This document shows positions 51,709 to 63,779 of a stretch of DNA of 64,000 nucleotides, piece by piece. Source of the stretch: an uncultured Gemmatimonadales bacterium (lineage in GTDB: Bacteria; Gemmatimonadota; Gemmatimonadetes; Longimicrobiales; RSA9); the NCBI GenBank assembly GCA_963798845.1, contig CAWCUS010000001.1, positions 800,001 to 864,000 on the forward strand, in the 5' to 3' direction. Every line of letters begins with the position of its first letter. Position 1 is the stretch's first letter. The notes beneath the pieces were generated by a model. It searched no databases, had not been told where the DNA came from, and worked only from the letters and a program-made list of their open reading frames with translations. A program made the position numbers and the translations under genes.

Positions 51709-52398
51709 TCAGCCCACGGCCGCGAGCAATGCGTCGGTGTCGCGAAGGTCATCGAGAACCACGTCGGCGCCGGCCTCCTCGAGCTCCGCGACCGAGTGCT
51801 TGCCCGTGGCCACGGCCACCGCCAACACGCCCAGCTCCCGTCCACACGTCACGTCGAAGGGAGTGTCCCCAATGACCACGACGTCGCGCCCCCGGAAATG
51901 GATTCCCGTCCGCTCCCTCGCCCGCCGCACCGCCACCGCCGGAAGCCGGTCCCGGCGCTCGTGGTCAGAGCCGTACGCGCCGAAGTCGAAGCGCTTCCAC
52001 AGGTCCACCGCGCTCAGCTTCAGCCTCGCCCCCGGCTCAATGTTCCCCGTCAGGAGGGCCACGAGGTGGTCCCCGGTCGCGTGCAGCCGATCCAGCGCCT
52101 CGTAAACGCCGGGGAGCACGCGCGTGTCCGCGTCCGGGCGGGCCAGCTCGACTTCCAGCTCCCGCAGGTACGCCTCCCACAGGAGCGGGAGCGCGGGGTA
52201 GATGCGGGTGTCCTCGAACCCGGCCATGCCCAGCAGCTCGCGGGCGATCTGCGGGTCCGTGCGGCCGTGGAAGTCGTAGCCTTCCATCGGCCCCGTCGCC
52301 CCGTACACCTCCAGCATGGCGCGCCGGAACGAGCGTGAGCCCGCTCCGTGGGTGTTGACCAGCGTGCCGTCTATGTCGAAAAGGACCAGCTTCCGCAC
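51709..52398 (-). CDS. HAD family hydrolase
   Basis: LFDIDGTL, LLTGN, IGDTPFD. Confidence 0.9.
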   Translation of the reverse strand: MRKLVLFDIDGTLVNTHGAGSRSFRRAMLEVYGATGPMEGYDFHGRTDPQIARELLGMAGFEDTRIYPALPLLWEAYLRELEVELARPDADTRVLPGVYEALDRLHATGDHLVALLTGNIEPGARLKLSAVDLWKRFDFGAYGSDHERRDRLPAVAVRRARERTGIHFRGRDVVVIGDTPFDVTCGRELGVLAVAVATGKHSVAELEEAGADVVLDDLRDTDALLAAVG

Positions 52399-52401
52399 CG
52401 C

Positions 52402-53331
52402 TCAGCTCCCGCGCACGGCCCGCTCGATGGCCTCGGCCACGGCGTCGGCCGCGAAGGCGCCGAGGGCAAGGAGGAGTCCCGGGTCTGCCGGCGACGCTGC
52501 GTCGGCGGTGGACACGGCGAAAGCGACGTCGCCGTCGAAGGGCGTATGGGCCGGGAAGATGCGGCGAGCCTGCGCCACGGAGGCGGCCCGGGCGAGGGAC
52601 TGCAGCGCGGGTCGCGTCAGCGGCGCGTCCGTGGCCACCACGCACAGCGTCGTGTTCGTCCCGGGCGGAGCCGACCCGAAGACGCCCTCCGCCTGGCCGC
52701 CGCGGAGCAGGGCGACGCCATCCACGAAGCCGCCATCGGCGCCCCGCGCGCCCGCCACGATCCGGCCATCCGCGCCGCGCACGTCGCCGAGCGCGTTCAC
52801 CACCGCCAGCGCCCCGACCGTGTAACCGAGCGCCGACACCGAGGCCGTGCCCAGCCCGCCGGGCGAGGCGCGCTCGGGGCCCAGCAGCTTTCCAACGGTC
52901 GCGCCCGTGCCCGCCCCGACCCGTCCCTCCGCCACGTCACCACCCGCGGCCTCGCACGCCGCCCGCCCCATCGCCGCGTCGGGGCGCCGGTCCGGACGCC
53001 CCTCTGCCAGGTCGAAGATCACGGCGGCGGGGACGATCGGGACCCGCGCGACGCCGGTCTCGAAGCCGCGACCTGCCTGTTCCAGCCACGCGGCCACGCC
53101 GTCCGCGGCGGCCAGGCCGAACGCGGAGCCGCCCGTCAGGAGGATGGCGTCGGCGCGCTCCACGAGATGCAGGTGGGAGATCGCCTCGATCTCGCGCGTG
53201 CCCGTCGCGGCGCCGCGGATGTCGCACCCGGCGCGGAACGGTCCCAGCACCACCGTACAGCCGGTACGCGCGTCGGCGTCGGTGGCGTGGCCGACGAGAA
53301 TGCCGGGCACGTCCGTGATCCGGCCGCTCAT
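52402..53331 (-). CDS. P1/S58 (DmpA-like) peptidase
   Basis: ITDVPGILVGH, TGCTVV, LTGGSAFGL, GAGTGA, NTTL, HTPFDGD. Confidence 0.9.
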   Translation of the reverse strand: MSGRITDVPGILVGHATDADARTGCTVVLGPFRAGCDIRGAATGTREIEAISHLHLVERADAILLTGGSAFGLAAADGVAAWLEQAGRGFETGVARVPIVPAAVIFDLAEGRPDRRPDAAMGRAACEAAGGDVAEGRVGAGTGATVGKLLGPERASPGGLGTASVSALGYTVGALAVVNALGDVRGADGRIVAGARGADGGFVDGVALLRGGQAEGVFGSAPPGTNTTLCVVATDAPLTRPALQSLARAASVAQARRIFPAHTPFDGDVAFAVSTADAASPADPGLLLALGAFAADAVAEAIERAVRGS

Positions 53332-53389
53332 GCCCTCCCGGCGGGGAAGTCGGCCGGAAGCGCCGGACAGCCGCTTTCGCTGACGCCGA

Positions 53390-54136
53390 TCACCGGGTGG
53401 CGCGCGCCGCACGCACGGCGTCCGCGAACGCGTTCATCAGGCGGATGTTGGGGTCGGTGCTCCCGGCCTCGGCCTCCAGCCGCTCCGGGTGCCACTGCAC
53501 GCCGAGCACCCAGTCGCGACCGGTGTGCTCGATCCCCTCCACCAGGCCGTCCTCCGCCCGGGCGGTGCAGCGCAGCCCCTCGCCCAGATCCTTCACGGCC
53601 TGGTGGTGGAATGAGTTGATCTCCAGCGGAGAGCACTCGCCCAGGATCTCGTGCAGCCGGCTCTCGGGCGTGCAGTCCACGGTGTGGTGGTGCTGCCCCC
53701 ACGGCTCTTCCTGGTAGTGCGTCACCTGGTCACCGCGCTGGGTCGGCAGGTCCTGGTACAGCGTGCCGCCGAAGTAGACGTTCAGCAGCTGCATTCCGCG
53801 GCAGATCCCCATGATCGGGATGCTCTCCTCCAGCGCCGCGTCCAGGGCGGTCCACTCCGCGGCGTCGCGGGCCGGGTTGACCACGTCCAGCTCCGGCAGC
53901 GGCTCTTCCCCGTAGCGCGCGGGGGCAATGTCCTCGCCCCCGGTGAGGATGAGGCCCGACGCGATTCCCACCAGGTCGGCGATCGCCTCGCGGTCGTGGG
54001 CGGGGGTGACCAGGACGGGCGTGAGCCCCACGCGGGCCAGCAGGCGGAGGTAGTTCGAGTAGATCTCGACCCGCGGCTGGTGGTAGCGCCCGGCCTGCGG
54101 GCTGAGCGTGGTGGTCAGTGCGACGAAGGGTTCCAT
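53390..54136 (-). CDS. Peptidase C26 / PuuD-like glutamine amidotransferase
   Basis: LTGGEDI, GICRGMQ, NSFHHQAV, GVQWHPE. Confidence 0.9.
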   Translation of the reverse strand: MEPFVALTTTLSPQAGRYHQPRVEIYSNYLRLLARVGLTPVLVTPAHDREAIADLVGIASGLILTGGEDIAPARYGEEPLPELDVVNPARDAAEWTALDAALEESIPIMGICRGMQLLNVYFGGTLYQDLPTQRGDQVTHYQEEPWGQHHHTVDCTPESRLHEILGECSPLEINSFHHQAVKDLGEGLRCTARAEDGLVEGIEHTGRDWVLGVQWHPERLEAEAGSTDPNIRLMNAFADAVRAARATR

Positions 54137-55290
54137 GATGCGGCTGTTGACGTGCTCGGTTCCAGGGCCACCGAAGCGGCTCCGCCTCGGGCCACCAGGT
54201 CCAGCAAGAGCTGTCCCACGCGGCTGTTGTCGAGAATCGCGCCGAAAGACCGGGCGGCCGGGCCGCGGGCGAACATCGGGACCATGTCCGCGGTGTGCCC
54301 CGTGGTCGTGTAGTGGGCGCCGAACGTCCCCATCGGGTCGGCGTGAAGCGCGAGCCCGCCGGTGTTGTGGTCGGCCAGGACGAGGATCAGCGTGTTCGGG
54401 TGCTGCTCCTGGTACGCCAGCGCCCTGCGGATCGCCAGGTCGAGGTCCAGCACCTCGGCGATGACGTCGGGCAGCACCGCGTTCTCGTGCCCCCGCCAGT
54501 CGATCTGCGACCCCTCCACCATGAGGAAGAAGCCCTTCGGCTGGTGCGACAGAACGCGCAGAGCGGTCTCGGTCATGTCCGGCAGCGACGGCGTCCGCTC
54601 CATGGCGCCGCCGGGGTTGTTCTCCGAGAAAAGGCCGACCAGCGCGCGCACGGTGTCCGGGTCCAGCGTCGCGAGCCCCTCGGGCGAATCCACGTAGGCG
54701 CCCCGGCTCCGGAACCTGGCCAGGAGGTCCTGCTGGTCCGCCCGCCGTGTCGGGTCGAAGTACTGGCGCCCGCCTCCCAGCAGCACCGTGGGCCCGAGCT
54801 CCGCGATCTGGGCGGCAATGTCCCAGTGCTGGTTCCGGTTCGCCACGTGGGCGAGGAACGCCGCCGGCGTCGCGTGCGTCACAGTGGCCGTGACCACGAC
54901 CCCGGTGCCCATTCCCCTGGCCTTCGCGCGCTCGAGCACGGTCGGCAACGGCGTGGTGTCCGTCGACACGGCAATGGCGCCGTTGTAGGTCCGTTCCCCC
55001 GTGGAGAACGCCGTCGCGCCCGCCGCGCTGTCCGTCACGCGGCTGTCCGCGCTCTGCGTCGTCATCAGGCCGATGGCCGGGAAATGCTGTATGGCCAGGT
55101 CCGACGCGCTCAGCTTCGCGGCCGTCCAGTAGGCGAGCCCGGTCCCGTCGCCCACGAAAAGGACGATGCTGAACGGGTCGGGCGCGCCGGCGGGGCCTGG
55201 CACGGCGGACCGCGACCGGCCCTCGGGGCCGCACGCCGCGACCGCTGTGAGAGCGATCAGGACGGCGAGGCGACGCTTGCGGGATTTCAC
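54115..55290 (-). CDS. Alkaline phosphatase (PhoA family), lipoprotein
   Basis: FVGDG, TDSAAGATA, THATPA, MVEGSQIDWRGH, ADHNTGG. Confidence 0.9.
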   Translation of the reverse strand: MKSRKRRLAVLIALTAVAACGPEGRSRSAVPGPAGAPDPFSIVLFVGDGTGLAYWTAAKLSASDLAIQHFPAIGLMTTQSADSRVTDSAAGATAFSTGERTYNGAIAVSTDTTPLPTVLERAKARGMGTGVVVTATVTHATPAAFLAHVANRNQHWDIAAQIAELGPTVLLGGGRQYFDPTRRADQQDLLARFRSRGAYVDSPEGLATLDPDTVRALVGLFSENNPGGAMERTPSLPDMTETALRVLSHQPKGFFLMVEGSQIDWRGHENAVLPDVIAEVLDLDLAIRRALAYQEQHPNTLILVLADHNTGGLALHADPMGTFGAHYTTTGHTADMVPMFARGPAARSFGAILDNSRVGQLLLDLVARGGAASVALEPSTSTAASWNPSSH

Positions 55291-55307
55291 GTTTCAGTGC
55301 CGTTGTC

Positions 55308-56300
55308 TCAGAGCGCAGCCAGGAGCTCCGGCAGGCGCGATGGATCGATGTTGCCGCCGGAGATCACGGCGGCCGTGGCCCCACCGGACCACGCCCCCGA
55401 CTCCAGCGCGGCGACGGTCGCCGCCCCCGAATACTCGACCAGCAGCTTGCCGCGCGCCAGGAGGCGGGCGGCGGCGGCGAGGATGGCGGCGTCGTCCACG
55501 AGGACGACGTCGTCGACCAGGGCGCGGGCGTGGGCGAAGGTGAGCGCCCCGACGCGCACCGGGAGGAGGCCGTCGGCGATGCTGTCCGTGCTGTCGAGCG
55601 TGACCAGCTCGCCCGCATCCAGGGACCGGCGCATGGCCGCGGAGCCGGTCGGCTCCACGCCCACGACCTTCACCTCGGGACGGAGGCGTTTCACCGCCGC
55701 GGCCACCCCGCTCAGCAGCCCGCCGCCGCCGATCGGGACGAGGACCGCCTCCACGTCCGGCCAGTCCTCGAGGATCTCGAGCCCGACGGTCCCCTGCCCG
55801 GCGATGATGTCCGGGTGGTCGAACGGGGGCACCATCACCATCCCTCGCCGCGCCTGCTCCTCCTCAGCCCGGACGCGCCGCTCCTCCGACGTGGTCCCTT
55901 CCATGACGACTTCCGCGCCCAGCCGCTTCGTCCCCTCCACCTTCACGGCCGGCGCGTTCACCGGCATCACGATGAGCGCCGGGACCCCGAACTCCCTCGC
56001 CGCGTACGCCACCGCCTGCGCGTGGTTGCCGCTGGAGTACGTGATCACGCCTTTCGCCCGCTCCCCGGCCGGCAGTCGCGAGATCATGGTGTACGCGCCC
56101 CGGAGCTTGAACGCGCCGATCGGCTGGAACGACTCGCATTTCAACCGCACCTCGCGCCCGACCACCTCCGACACCCACGGCGCCGCCAGCAGCGGCGTCC
56201 GCACCGCCACACCCTCCAGCGAGCGGGCGGCCGCGCGGATCGAGTCCAGCGTCACCAGCTCCGTGGCCCGCGCCGACGCACCGGCCGGCGCGGCCGTCAC
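55308..56300 (-). CDS. PLP-dependent threonine/serine dehydratase family protein
   Basis: [35 protein letters not shown]; no ACT domain. Confidence 0.92.
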   Translation of the reverse strand: MTAAPAGASARATELVTLDSIRAAARSLEGVAVRTPLLAAPWVSEVVGREVRLKCESFQPIGAFKLRGAYTMISRLPAGERAKGVITYSSGNHAQAVAYAAREFGVPALIVMPVNAPAVKVEGTKRLGAEVVMEGTTSEERRVRAEEEQARRGMVMVPPFDHPDIIAGQGTVGLEILEDWPDVEAVLVPIGGGGLLSGVAAAVKRLRPEVKVVGVEPTGSAAMRRSLDAGELVTLDSTDSIADGLLPVRVGALTFAHARALVDDVVLVDDAAILAAAARLLARGKLLVEYSGAATVAALESGAWSGGATAAVISGGNIDPSRLPELLAAL

Positions 56301-58912
56301 GAGTCCAGCTCCGCGTCCGCCGGCAGCACCTCCCCTGCCTCATCCCCTGCCTCATCCCCTGCCGCGTCGCCGGTGAGAACGTCGTCCGTGAGCGCGTCCT
56401 CCGCCGCGTCCTCCCCGACCAGCCGGGCCACGTCCATCACCTCGTCCGCCTCGTCGAGCGCGATCAGCCGAACGCCCTGCGTGTTCCGTCCGATCACCCG
56501 GATCTCGTGCACCGACTGCCGGATAACCACGCCGTTTCGCGTGATCATCACCAGCTCGTCGTCCGGGTCCACGCCCTTGATCGCGACGACCTTCCCCGTC
56601 TTCCCCGTCGTCCGGACGTTGATCACGCCCTTCCCCCCCCGACCCTGCAGGCGGTAGTCCTCGATCCGGCTCCGCTTCCCCAGCCCCTGCTCGGTCACCA
56701 CCAGCAGTGTCGGCTCCACTTCGGCCGTTTCGACTGCCTCCGGGACCTCGTCGATCCCGCTGCCGACGTCCTGCGCGGCTCGCGACCGCACCACGACCAT
56801 CCCCACCACGTAGTCGGCATCCGCGAGGCGGATCCCGCGCACCCCGGTGGCGGGCCGTCCCATCTGGCGGACGTCCTCCTCCTCGAAACGGATGGCCATG
56901 CCCTCGTGCGTGGCCAGGATCACCTGGTCGTCCCCGGACGTGATCTGGACATCGATGAGCTCATCGCCCTCGAGGATGTTGATGGCGTTGACGCCCGTGA
57001 CGCGGATGTGCTGATAGGCGCTCAGCGCGCTCTTCTTCACCACACCTCGCCGCGTGGCGAACAGAAGGTTGCGATCGTGGCTGAACTCCCGGACCGGCAC
57101 CACGGCCGCGATCGCCTCTCCCGGACCCAGCTGGAGGAGGTTGATCATGGGCTTCCCCCGCGCGGCCCGGCTGACCTGCGGGATCTGGTGCACTTTCAGC
57201 CAGTAGCACTGGCCGCGGCGGGTGAACACCATGAGGTAGTCGTGGGTCTGCGCCAGGAACAGGTGCTCGACCCAGTCCTCGTCCTTCGTGTTCATCCCCA
57301 TGAGGCCGCGCCCGCCCCGGCGCTGGGTGCGGTAGGTGTCGAGCGGGAGGCGTTTCACGTAGCCCGAGTGGGAGATCGTCACGACCATGGGCTCGTCCGG
57401 GATGAGGTCCTCGATGGACAGGTCCACGCTGTCGCCCACGATCTGCGTGCGCCGCTCATCACCGTACTTGTCCGCCAGCTCCTGGAGCTCGTCCTTGATG
57501 ATCTGGTAGCGCCGTGGCTGGTTGGAGAGGATGTCCTCCAGGTCCTCGATGGTGGACAGGACCTGCCGGATCTCGTCTTCCAGCTTCTCGATCTCGAGCC
57601 CGGTCAGGCGAGCCAGCCGCATGTCCAGGATCGCCCTCGCCTGCGCCTCGCTCAGCTCGAATTCCGACATGAGGGCGCCGCGCGCCGCCTCGGTGTCGTT
57701 CGAGCCGCGGATGATCTCGATCACACGGTCGATATTGTCGACGGCGATCTTCAGCCCCTGGAGGATGTGCTCCCGGGCCCGGGCCTCCGCCAGGTCGTGC
57801 TCGCTCCGGCGCACGATCACCGTGTGGCGATGCTCGACGAAGTGGTGGAGCAGCTCCTTCAGGTTCATCACCCGCGGCACGCCCCTGTCCAGCGCAAGCA
57901 TGATGACGCCGAACGTGGACTGCATCTGCGTGTGCTTGAACAGCTGGTTCAGGACGATGTAGGGGATGGCGTCGCGCTTCAGCTCGATCACCACCCGGAG
58001 TCCGTCCCGGTCGCTCTCGTCCCGGAGGTCGCGGATGTCGGTGATCCGCTTGTCGCGGACGAGCTGCGCCATCTGCTCGATCATGCGGGCCTTGTTCACC
58101 ATGAACGGGATCTCGCGGACAATGATACGGCTGCTGCCGTCGTCATCCTCCTCGATGTCCGCCTTGGCCCGCATGATGATGCGACCCCGCCCCGTCTCGT
58201 ACGCCTCGCGGATCCCGTCGCGGCCGTGGATGAAGCCGCCGGTGGGGAGGTCCGGGCCGCGCACGTGCTGCATCAGGTCCGCCACCGTGCAGTCCGGATC
58301 ATCGACCAGGTGCTGCGCCGCCGCCACTACCTCGCGCAGGTTGTGCGGCGGGATGTTCGTGGCCATTCCCACCGCGATCCCCAATGCCCCGTTCACCAGC
58401 AGGTTCGGCAGCTTCGACGGCAGGACCACCGGCTCCTCGCGCTGGTCGTCGAACGTGGGCGTGAAGCCCACGGTATCCTTGTCGATGTCCGCCAGCAGCT
58501 CCTGCGCGATCGCCTGGAGCCTCGCTTCCGTGTAGCGGTAGGCCGCGGCGTTGTCGCCATCGATGGAGCCGAAGTTCCCCTGCCCGTCCACCAGCGGGTA
58601 GCGCAGGCTGAAGTCCTGGACCATGCGCACCATGGCGTCGTAGACCGCCGAGTCTCCGTGCGGGTGGTACTTGCCCAGCACCTCGCCCACCACGTTCGCG
58701 CTCTTCTTGTACGGCCGCGTGGGGCCCAGCCCCAGTTCGCTCATGGCGTACAGGATCCGCCGGTGCACCGGCTTCAGCCCGTCGCGCACGTCCGGCAGCG
58801 CCCGCTGCACGATCACGCTCATCGAGTAGTCCAGGAAGGACTCCCGCATCTCCTCCTCGATCAGGCGAGGAAGGACTTTCGACTGCGTTCCGGGCATCTC
58901 CGGAGTGTCCAT
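56297..58912 (-). CDS. gyrA: DNA gyrase subunit A
   Basis: [34 protein letters not shown], GyrA-box QRRGGRG. Confidence 0.96.
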   Translation of the reverse strand: MDTPEMPGTQSKVLPRLIEEEMRESFLDYSMSVIVQRALPDVRDGLKPVHRRILYAMSELGLGPTRPYKKSANVVGEVLGKYHPHGDSAVYDAMVRMVQDFSLRYPLVDGQGNFGSIDGDNAAAYRYTEARLQAIAQELLADIDKDTVGFTPTFDDQREEPVVLPSKLPNLLVNGALGIAVGMATNIPPHNLREVVAAAQHLVDDPDCTVADLMQHVRGPDLPTGGFIHGRDGIREAYETGRGRIIMRAKADIEEDDDGSSRIIVREIPFMVNKARMIEQMAQLVRDKRITDIRDLRDESDRDGLRVVIELKRDAIPYIVLNQLFKHTQMQSTFGVIMLALDRGVPRVMNLKELLHHFVEHRHTVIVRRSEHDLAEARAREHILQGLKIAVDNIDRVIEIIRGSNDTEAARGALMSEFELSEAQARAILDMRLARLTGLEIEKLEDEIRQVLSTIEDLEDILSNQPRRYQIIKDELQELADKYGDERRTQIVGDSVDLSIEDLIPDEPMVVTISHSGYVKRLPLDTYRTQRRGGRGLMGMNTKDEDWVEHLFLAQTHDYLMVFTRRGQCYWLKVHQIPQVSRAARGKPMINLLQLGPGEAIAAVVPVREFSHDRNLLFATRRGVVKKSALSAYQHIRVTGVNAINILEGDELIDVQITSGDDQVILATHEGMAIRFEEEDVRQMGRPATGVRGIRLADADYVVGMVVVRSRAAQDVGSGIDEVPEAVETAEVEPTLLVVTEQGLGKRSRIEDYRLQGRGGKGVINVRTTGKTGKVVAIKGVDPDDELVMITRNGVVIRQSVHEIRVIGRNTQGVRLIALDEADEVMDVARLVGEDAAEDALTDDVLTGDAAGDEAGDEAGEVLPADAELDS

Positions 58913-59119
58913 CGGCACCGTCTTTTTCGTGTGGGTCGGTTCGGGGCCCGGCCGGACGACCGGCAAGCCTGTATTTTACGAATTTCCCGGGCGTTCTGCG
59001 AGACGGGGCTGGTACACCGCCAGACCGCGGAAGTTCACGCGTGGGCGCGCGCGCTCACGCGTGGAGAAGCGAACAACAGCGTTTCACGCGAAGACGGGGC
59101 TTACGCGAAGGTCAGGGTC

Positions 59120-61156
59120 TCACTGTACTTCCACGCACGCTGAGAACTCCGACGTGTTGCCCGCCGGATCGGTGGCGGTCGCCGTCACGTGGTCACCGGC
59201 GGACAGATCGCCGAAGCTCGGCGTGAAGCTCGCGTTGCCGTCCGAGTTGGTCGTCACGTTGATCGAGCCGAGGAAGCGCTCGCCCTCGCCGTATCCGCTC
59301 CTGTCACACACATAGCCTGCCGGATCGACGCCGGTGTTGGCGAAGAACTCGATGCGGTAGGCGGTGTTGCCGCTGCTGTTGAGTGTGCCGGTGATGGCGC
59401 CGCTCGTCACCGCGGACGTGAGCACCGGGAAGTTCTGGAGGCCGTTCGGGCCGCCGTCGCCGTCGCCGGCGTCGTTGGGGGTCACGTCGTCGTCGCCGAG
59501 GTCGATCCCGAGGCCGGTCCCGTTCGGGTCCGCCACCGTCTGGTTCTGGTAGATCGCGTTGCCCAGAATCGAGTTCCCGCCCGCGGACGGGGAGACGACC
59601 GCCACGCCGTCGCCACCGTTGAAGATGATGAGGTTGCCGTCGCCCTCGGCCGTGCCGCCCACCACGTTTCCGGGCCCCTCGATGTAGACGCCCTGGCGGG
59701 CGTTGCCAGCGTGCGTCAATCCGTCGGCCGAGCCGATCACGTTCCCACGCACCCGGTTGCTCGCCGCGCCGCCATCCAGCCTCACCCCGTCTTCCTGGTT
59801 CGCCGCGATGATGTTGCCAGCTCCCTGTTCGGACCCGCCGATGTCGTTGTCGCGCGCCCCGCCTGCGATGTGCACGCCGCTCTTCCCGTTCCCGACCCGC
59901 GTGCCCGCCGCCGCCGCGTCCACACCGATGGTGTTGCCGAGCACCTGGTTGCCGGTTGCGCCCGCGCCCGTGATCAGCACGCCGTCATCCCCGTTCCCGC
60001 CGATCGTGTTCCCCTGGCCGGTCGTCGATCCGCCCACGACGTTGTTGGACACCCCGACGATGCGTACGCCTGTCACGCCGTTCCCGAGCGCCGCATCGCC
60101 GCTGGCCGCGATCCCTATGTAGCTTCTGCGGATCACGGTTCCGCTCGACGTGCCCGTCAGCAGGATGCCGTATTGCAGGTTGCCCGAGATCAGGTTTCCA
60201 TCCCCCGGCTGCAAGGCGCCGATCCGGTTCCCCGTCCCGGCCTCGACCCGGATGCCCACCTGGTTGGGATACGCAGCCGTTCCCGTGTGCTCCGCGCCGA
60301 TGATGCAGCCGACGACCGTGTTGCCGCCGGTCGCCAGCCGGATGCCCGCGCCGCCGGCGAAATTCAGGATCACGAGCCCCCGGATCACGGACGAGCCCCC
60401 CGTCACGCGCAGGCCGTCCACCGAGTTGCCCGCGGCGTACCCGTTCAGCACAACCGGGTCCGGATCGGTCGTCGCGTCGATCCTGACGGAATCCGTGATC
60501 GCCGGCAGCGACGAGCCGAGCACGATCACGTGCTCGGTCCCCTCGACCGAAAACGTGATCTCGTCTTCCCCTGGATGGGCGTTCGCCGCCACGATCGCCT
60601 CGCGCAGACTGCAGTGGGTGGCGTCGCAAGTCCCGTCGTTCACGTCGTCGAGGGCGTTCACCACGTAGGCGGGCGCTGCCGCGGGCGTCACCATCGTGAG
60701 CACCCGGGCGGCGGAGCTGCTCCCGTCGTTGTTGCTCGCGTCGGGGTCCGCGGTCGCCGACGTCGCCCTCGCCACGATGTCCACCGTGCCCGAGTCCGGC
60801 GCCGTCACCGTCACCGTGCGCTGCACGCTCGCGCCGCTGCCCAGGCCCACGGCGGGCCAACTCACGGTTCCCCCCGACTCCGTGCCGCCGTCCGACGCGA
60901 CCACGAACGTCGCCCCGCCCGACAGCACGGACCGGATCACGACCTGTGTCGCGGCGTCGGGACCGTGGTTCGTCACGGTCAGGGTGTACGTGAGGTCCGC
61001 CCCGGCGTCGACGCTGGTCGGGCCCGTCATGGTCACCGCGACGTCGGCCGCAGGGGGATCTTCCACGGCGCCGGGACCGGTCGAGTCGGTGCACGTGGCG
61101 GCGACGAGAGCGGCGGCCAGAAGGAACCACCGTGCCTTCTTCGCAGACGATGACAT
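59120..61156 (-). CDS. Exported CSLREA-domain protein with DUF11-like Ig domain and parallel beta-helix repeats
   Basis: YTLTVTNHGPDAA, HCSLREAI, GN.I.GN repeats, GPNGLQNFPVL, GNTSEFS. Confidence 0.82.
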   Translation of the reverse strand: MSSSAKKARWFLLAAALVAATCTDSTGPGAVEDPPAADVAVTMTGPTSVDAGADLTYTLTVTNHGPDAATQVVIRSVLSGGATFVVASDGGTESGGTVSWPAVGLGSGASVQRTVTVTAPDSGTVDIVARATSATADPDASNNDGSSSAARVLTMVTPAAAPAYVVNALDDVNDGTCDATHCSLREAIVAANAHPGEDEITFSVEGTEHVIVLGSSLPAITDSVRIDATTDPDPVVLNGYAAGNSVDGLRVTGGSSVIRGLVILNFAGGAGIRLATGGNTVVGCIIGAEHTGTAAYPNQVGIRVEAGTGNRIGALQPGDGNLISGNLQYGILLTGTSSGTVIRRSYIGIAASGDAALGNGVTGVRIVGVSNNVVGGSTTGQGNTIGGNGDDGVLITGAGATGNQVLGNTIGVDAAAAGTRVGNGKSGVHIAGGARDNDIGGSEQGAGNIIAANQEDGVRLDGGAASNRVRGNVIGSADGLTHAGNARQGVYIEGPGNVVGGTAEGDGNLIIFNGGDGVAVVSPSAGGNSILGNAIYQNQTVADPNGTGLGIDLGDDDVTPNDAGDGDGGPNGLQNFPVLTSAVTSGAITGTLNSSGNTAYRIEFFANTGVDPAGYVCDRSGYGEGERFLGSINVTTNSDGNASFTPSFGDLSAGDHVTATATDPAGNTSEFSACVEVQ

Positions 61157-61297
61157 GGGCTGAGATCCGGAGGGAGGAAAGGTGTCCAGGGCGCCCGCAC
61201 GGGCGTGACCACACGCTGGGCGCGGGCCGTGGGCGCAAGACGTATGCCCGGTCTGCCGGCGCCGGCGACCCTGCCAGGCCGGTGCGCCGCTTCGCCG

Positions 61298-63596
61298 CTA
61301 ACTCGCCTTCTTCGCCAGCTCCTGCAACCGGTCGATCAGCGCCGACGCCGTGCCTTCCGCGCCCCCCGTGAGCTCGTCCAGCGACGACGCCCCGACCAGC
61401 CCGGCCGCGTCCTGCCTGGACATCCCCGCCTCGGAGACGAGGTCCTCGATGAACCGGCGCTGCTTCGCGCTGGCCGGCTTGCGCTCGTCGTAGACGCGGC
61501 GCAGCTCGTCGATGGCGGCGCTGGCCTGGTGGCTTGTGCGGATGTCGTCGGGGGTGCGGAAGCCGGTGAGCTCCTCGAGCTCGCCCTCGTCCAGCGACAG
61601 GTCCGTCGCCAGCTCGCGCAGGTAGTCCATTTGGCGCTCCGTGGGCGCGGGGTGGATTCCGGCGTCGCGAAGCTCCTGGATGAGCGCGTCGGCCTCCTCG
61701 TACGACAGCGTCGACAGGTCGGACCGGGCCGTCCGCACGTCCTCGGGCGCGTTCTCCAGCAGCCGCTCGAGACGGTGCTTCTGGTGCGGCACGATCCCGC
61801 CCGCGCGCTTCTTCTCCAGCGCGATGTTGTGCAGGTCGCGGATCTCGTCGCGCCACTCCTCCCAGCTCGCGGGGGCCGACTCCTCTCCTTCCGCGATGCG
61901 GTCCAGCCGCTCCTCCATGAGCGCCGTGAACTCGGGGCTGAACAGCTCCTCGACCACGCCGCCGTCCTCGCCGTCCTTCGCGTACAGCGGCGCCGCGTGC
62001 AGCCACACGATCCGCCCGCGTTCGGTCGGCACCAGCGCGCCGTCCTCCAGCGTCACGTAGCTCCGCTCCTCCAGCTTCTCCACGGTGCGGCTGTACGTGG
62101 ACGGGCGGCCGATGCCCGCGTCCTTCATCGCCTTGATCAGCGTGTGGGGCCGATAGCGCGGCGGCGGCCTGGTCTCGTCCTCGACGAGCAGCGGGTTGGC
62201 GCGCTCCTCCGTGCCGGGGTCGAGTGGCCAGACCGCACCCTCCCCCAGCGGCACATTCCGGCGGAGAAGTGGCGACGTCGCCCATGAACTCGGCGTACGC
62301 GCTTTCCCAGCCCGGGAAGGTGCGCCACGAAACGGTCCCGTTGAGCGGCCTCTCCAGGCCGTCCGCCGCGGCCTCGATGCTCAGGATGGTGCGCTGTGAC
62401 GGCGCCATTTGGCTGGCCAGCGTATGCGCGCGGACCAGGCGGTACAGGCGGCGGGCGTCCCCGTCGTCCACCGGGGGCTCCTCCACGTCCAGGCGGGTTG
62501 GCCGGATCGCCTCGTGGGCATCCTGAACCGGCCCCGTGACCACGGCGCCGGCCGTCCCCGGCCCCAGGTGGTCTTCGCCGAACGCCGATTTGACGACGTC
62601 CCTCGTCTTCGCCACCGCCGATGCCGCCAGCCGGGTGGAGTCGGTCCGGATGTACGTGATGTGGCCGGCCTCGTACAGCATGGACGCCAGCGCAGACGTC
62701 TTCCGGGGCGACCAGCCGAAGCGCGACCCGGCCGCCTGGAGCAGCGCGTCCGTGGTCAGCGGCGCGTCCGGGCGACGCTGCCGCTTGCGCTCCGCCACGC
62801 CCGTCACGGTCACCCGCCCCGCCGCCTGCAGCGCCGCGAAGGCGCGGCCCGCCATCTCGCCGTCGAAGGTGCGGGAGGGATGCACCTTGCCGGCCTCGTC
62901 GCGCCAGGCGTCGTCGTCGTCGCGCTCGTGGAAGCGGACGGACAGGTCCACGCCCAGCGCCTCCCCGTGCACTTCGAAGTAGGGGATCGGGACGTGCTCC
63001 TCCCGCTCCAGCTCCCTCTCGACGACGAACCCCAGCGTGGGCGTCTGCACCCGCCCCATCGACGCCGCGCCCCCGGGCACCAGCGATTTCGCCACCTTCG
63101 ACGCGCGGTAGCCCACCAGCCGGTCGAGGAATTTCCGCACCAGCGCGCTGTCGACCATGCGCGCATCGACCGGGCGAGGGTTCTGTATGGCCGCCTCGAC
63201 CGCTTCCCGCGTCACCTCCTGGAACGCGACCCTGTGCGTGGGGCCCCGTTCCGCCAGGATGCGATCCAGGCACCAGGCGATGAACTCGCCCTCGCGGTCC
63301 GGGTCCGTGGCGATCCAGAACTCGGCACCCTCGTCGCCCGACTCCGCGGCCGACTCGGCTTCCTGCACGATCTTCCGCACCGCGTCCTGCCCCCGCTCCG
63401 TCCACACCCAGGGCGGCGAAGGCAGCTCCCCGGGACGGTTCGCCCAGAACGCCTTCGACGCGTCCTTCCCGTGCCGACTCCGGTTGTCCGGGAGCGTCTG
63501 CACGTGCCCGCCCGTGGCGAGCACACTCCATCCGGAGCCCAGGTAATTCTGGAGTGTCCGGGATTTCGCTGCCGATTCGACGATCAGGATATTCAT
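61298..63596 (-). CDS. Type IA DNA topoisomerase (TopA-like), one extra base near 62256
   Basis: IVESAAK, ATDPDREGE, SMGRVQTP, ITYIRTDS, DAHEAIRPT in ORF 59985..63743; GIGRPSTY in ORF 61298..62254. Confidence 0.85.
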
Positions 63597-63779
63597 GCGG
63601 CCCGGACGGTAAAGGCATCGGGGCCGGCGGACAAGGTGGGGGTTCAGGCTGCGTGCAGGCGCGCGGCCGCGTCGTGCCCGCACTCGGGCTCGCACGTGTG
63701 GGGGGTGCCCGGGTGCGGGCGGGCAGTCGTGGATCGTACACACCCCCCCGCGGCGCGGCCCGGCCGCCGCGGGTGGGCT

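Noticed and set aside
59034..59066. Long GC hairpin upstream of gyrA, as an ncRNA
   Set aside because: Adequately explained as a 3' hairpin of the CSLREA gene.
59985..63743. 1252-aa giant topoisomerase fusion
   Set aside because: Artefact of the frameshift near 62256; the true C-terminus is ORF 61298..62254.
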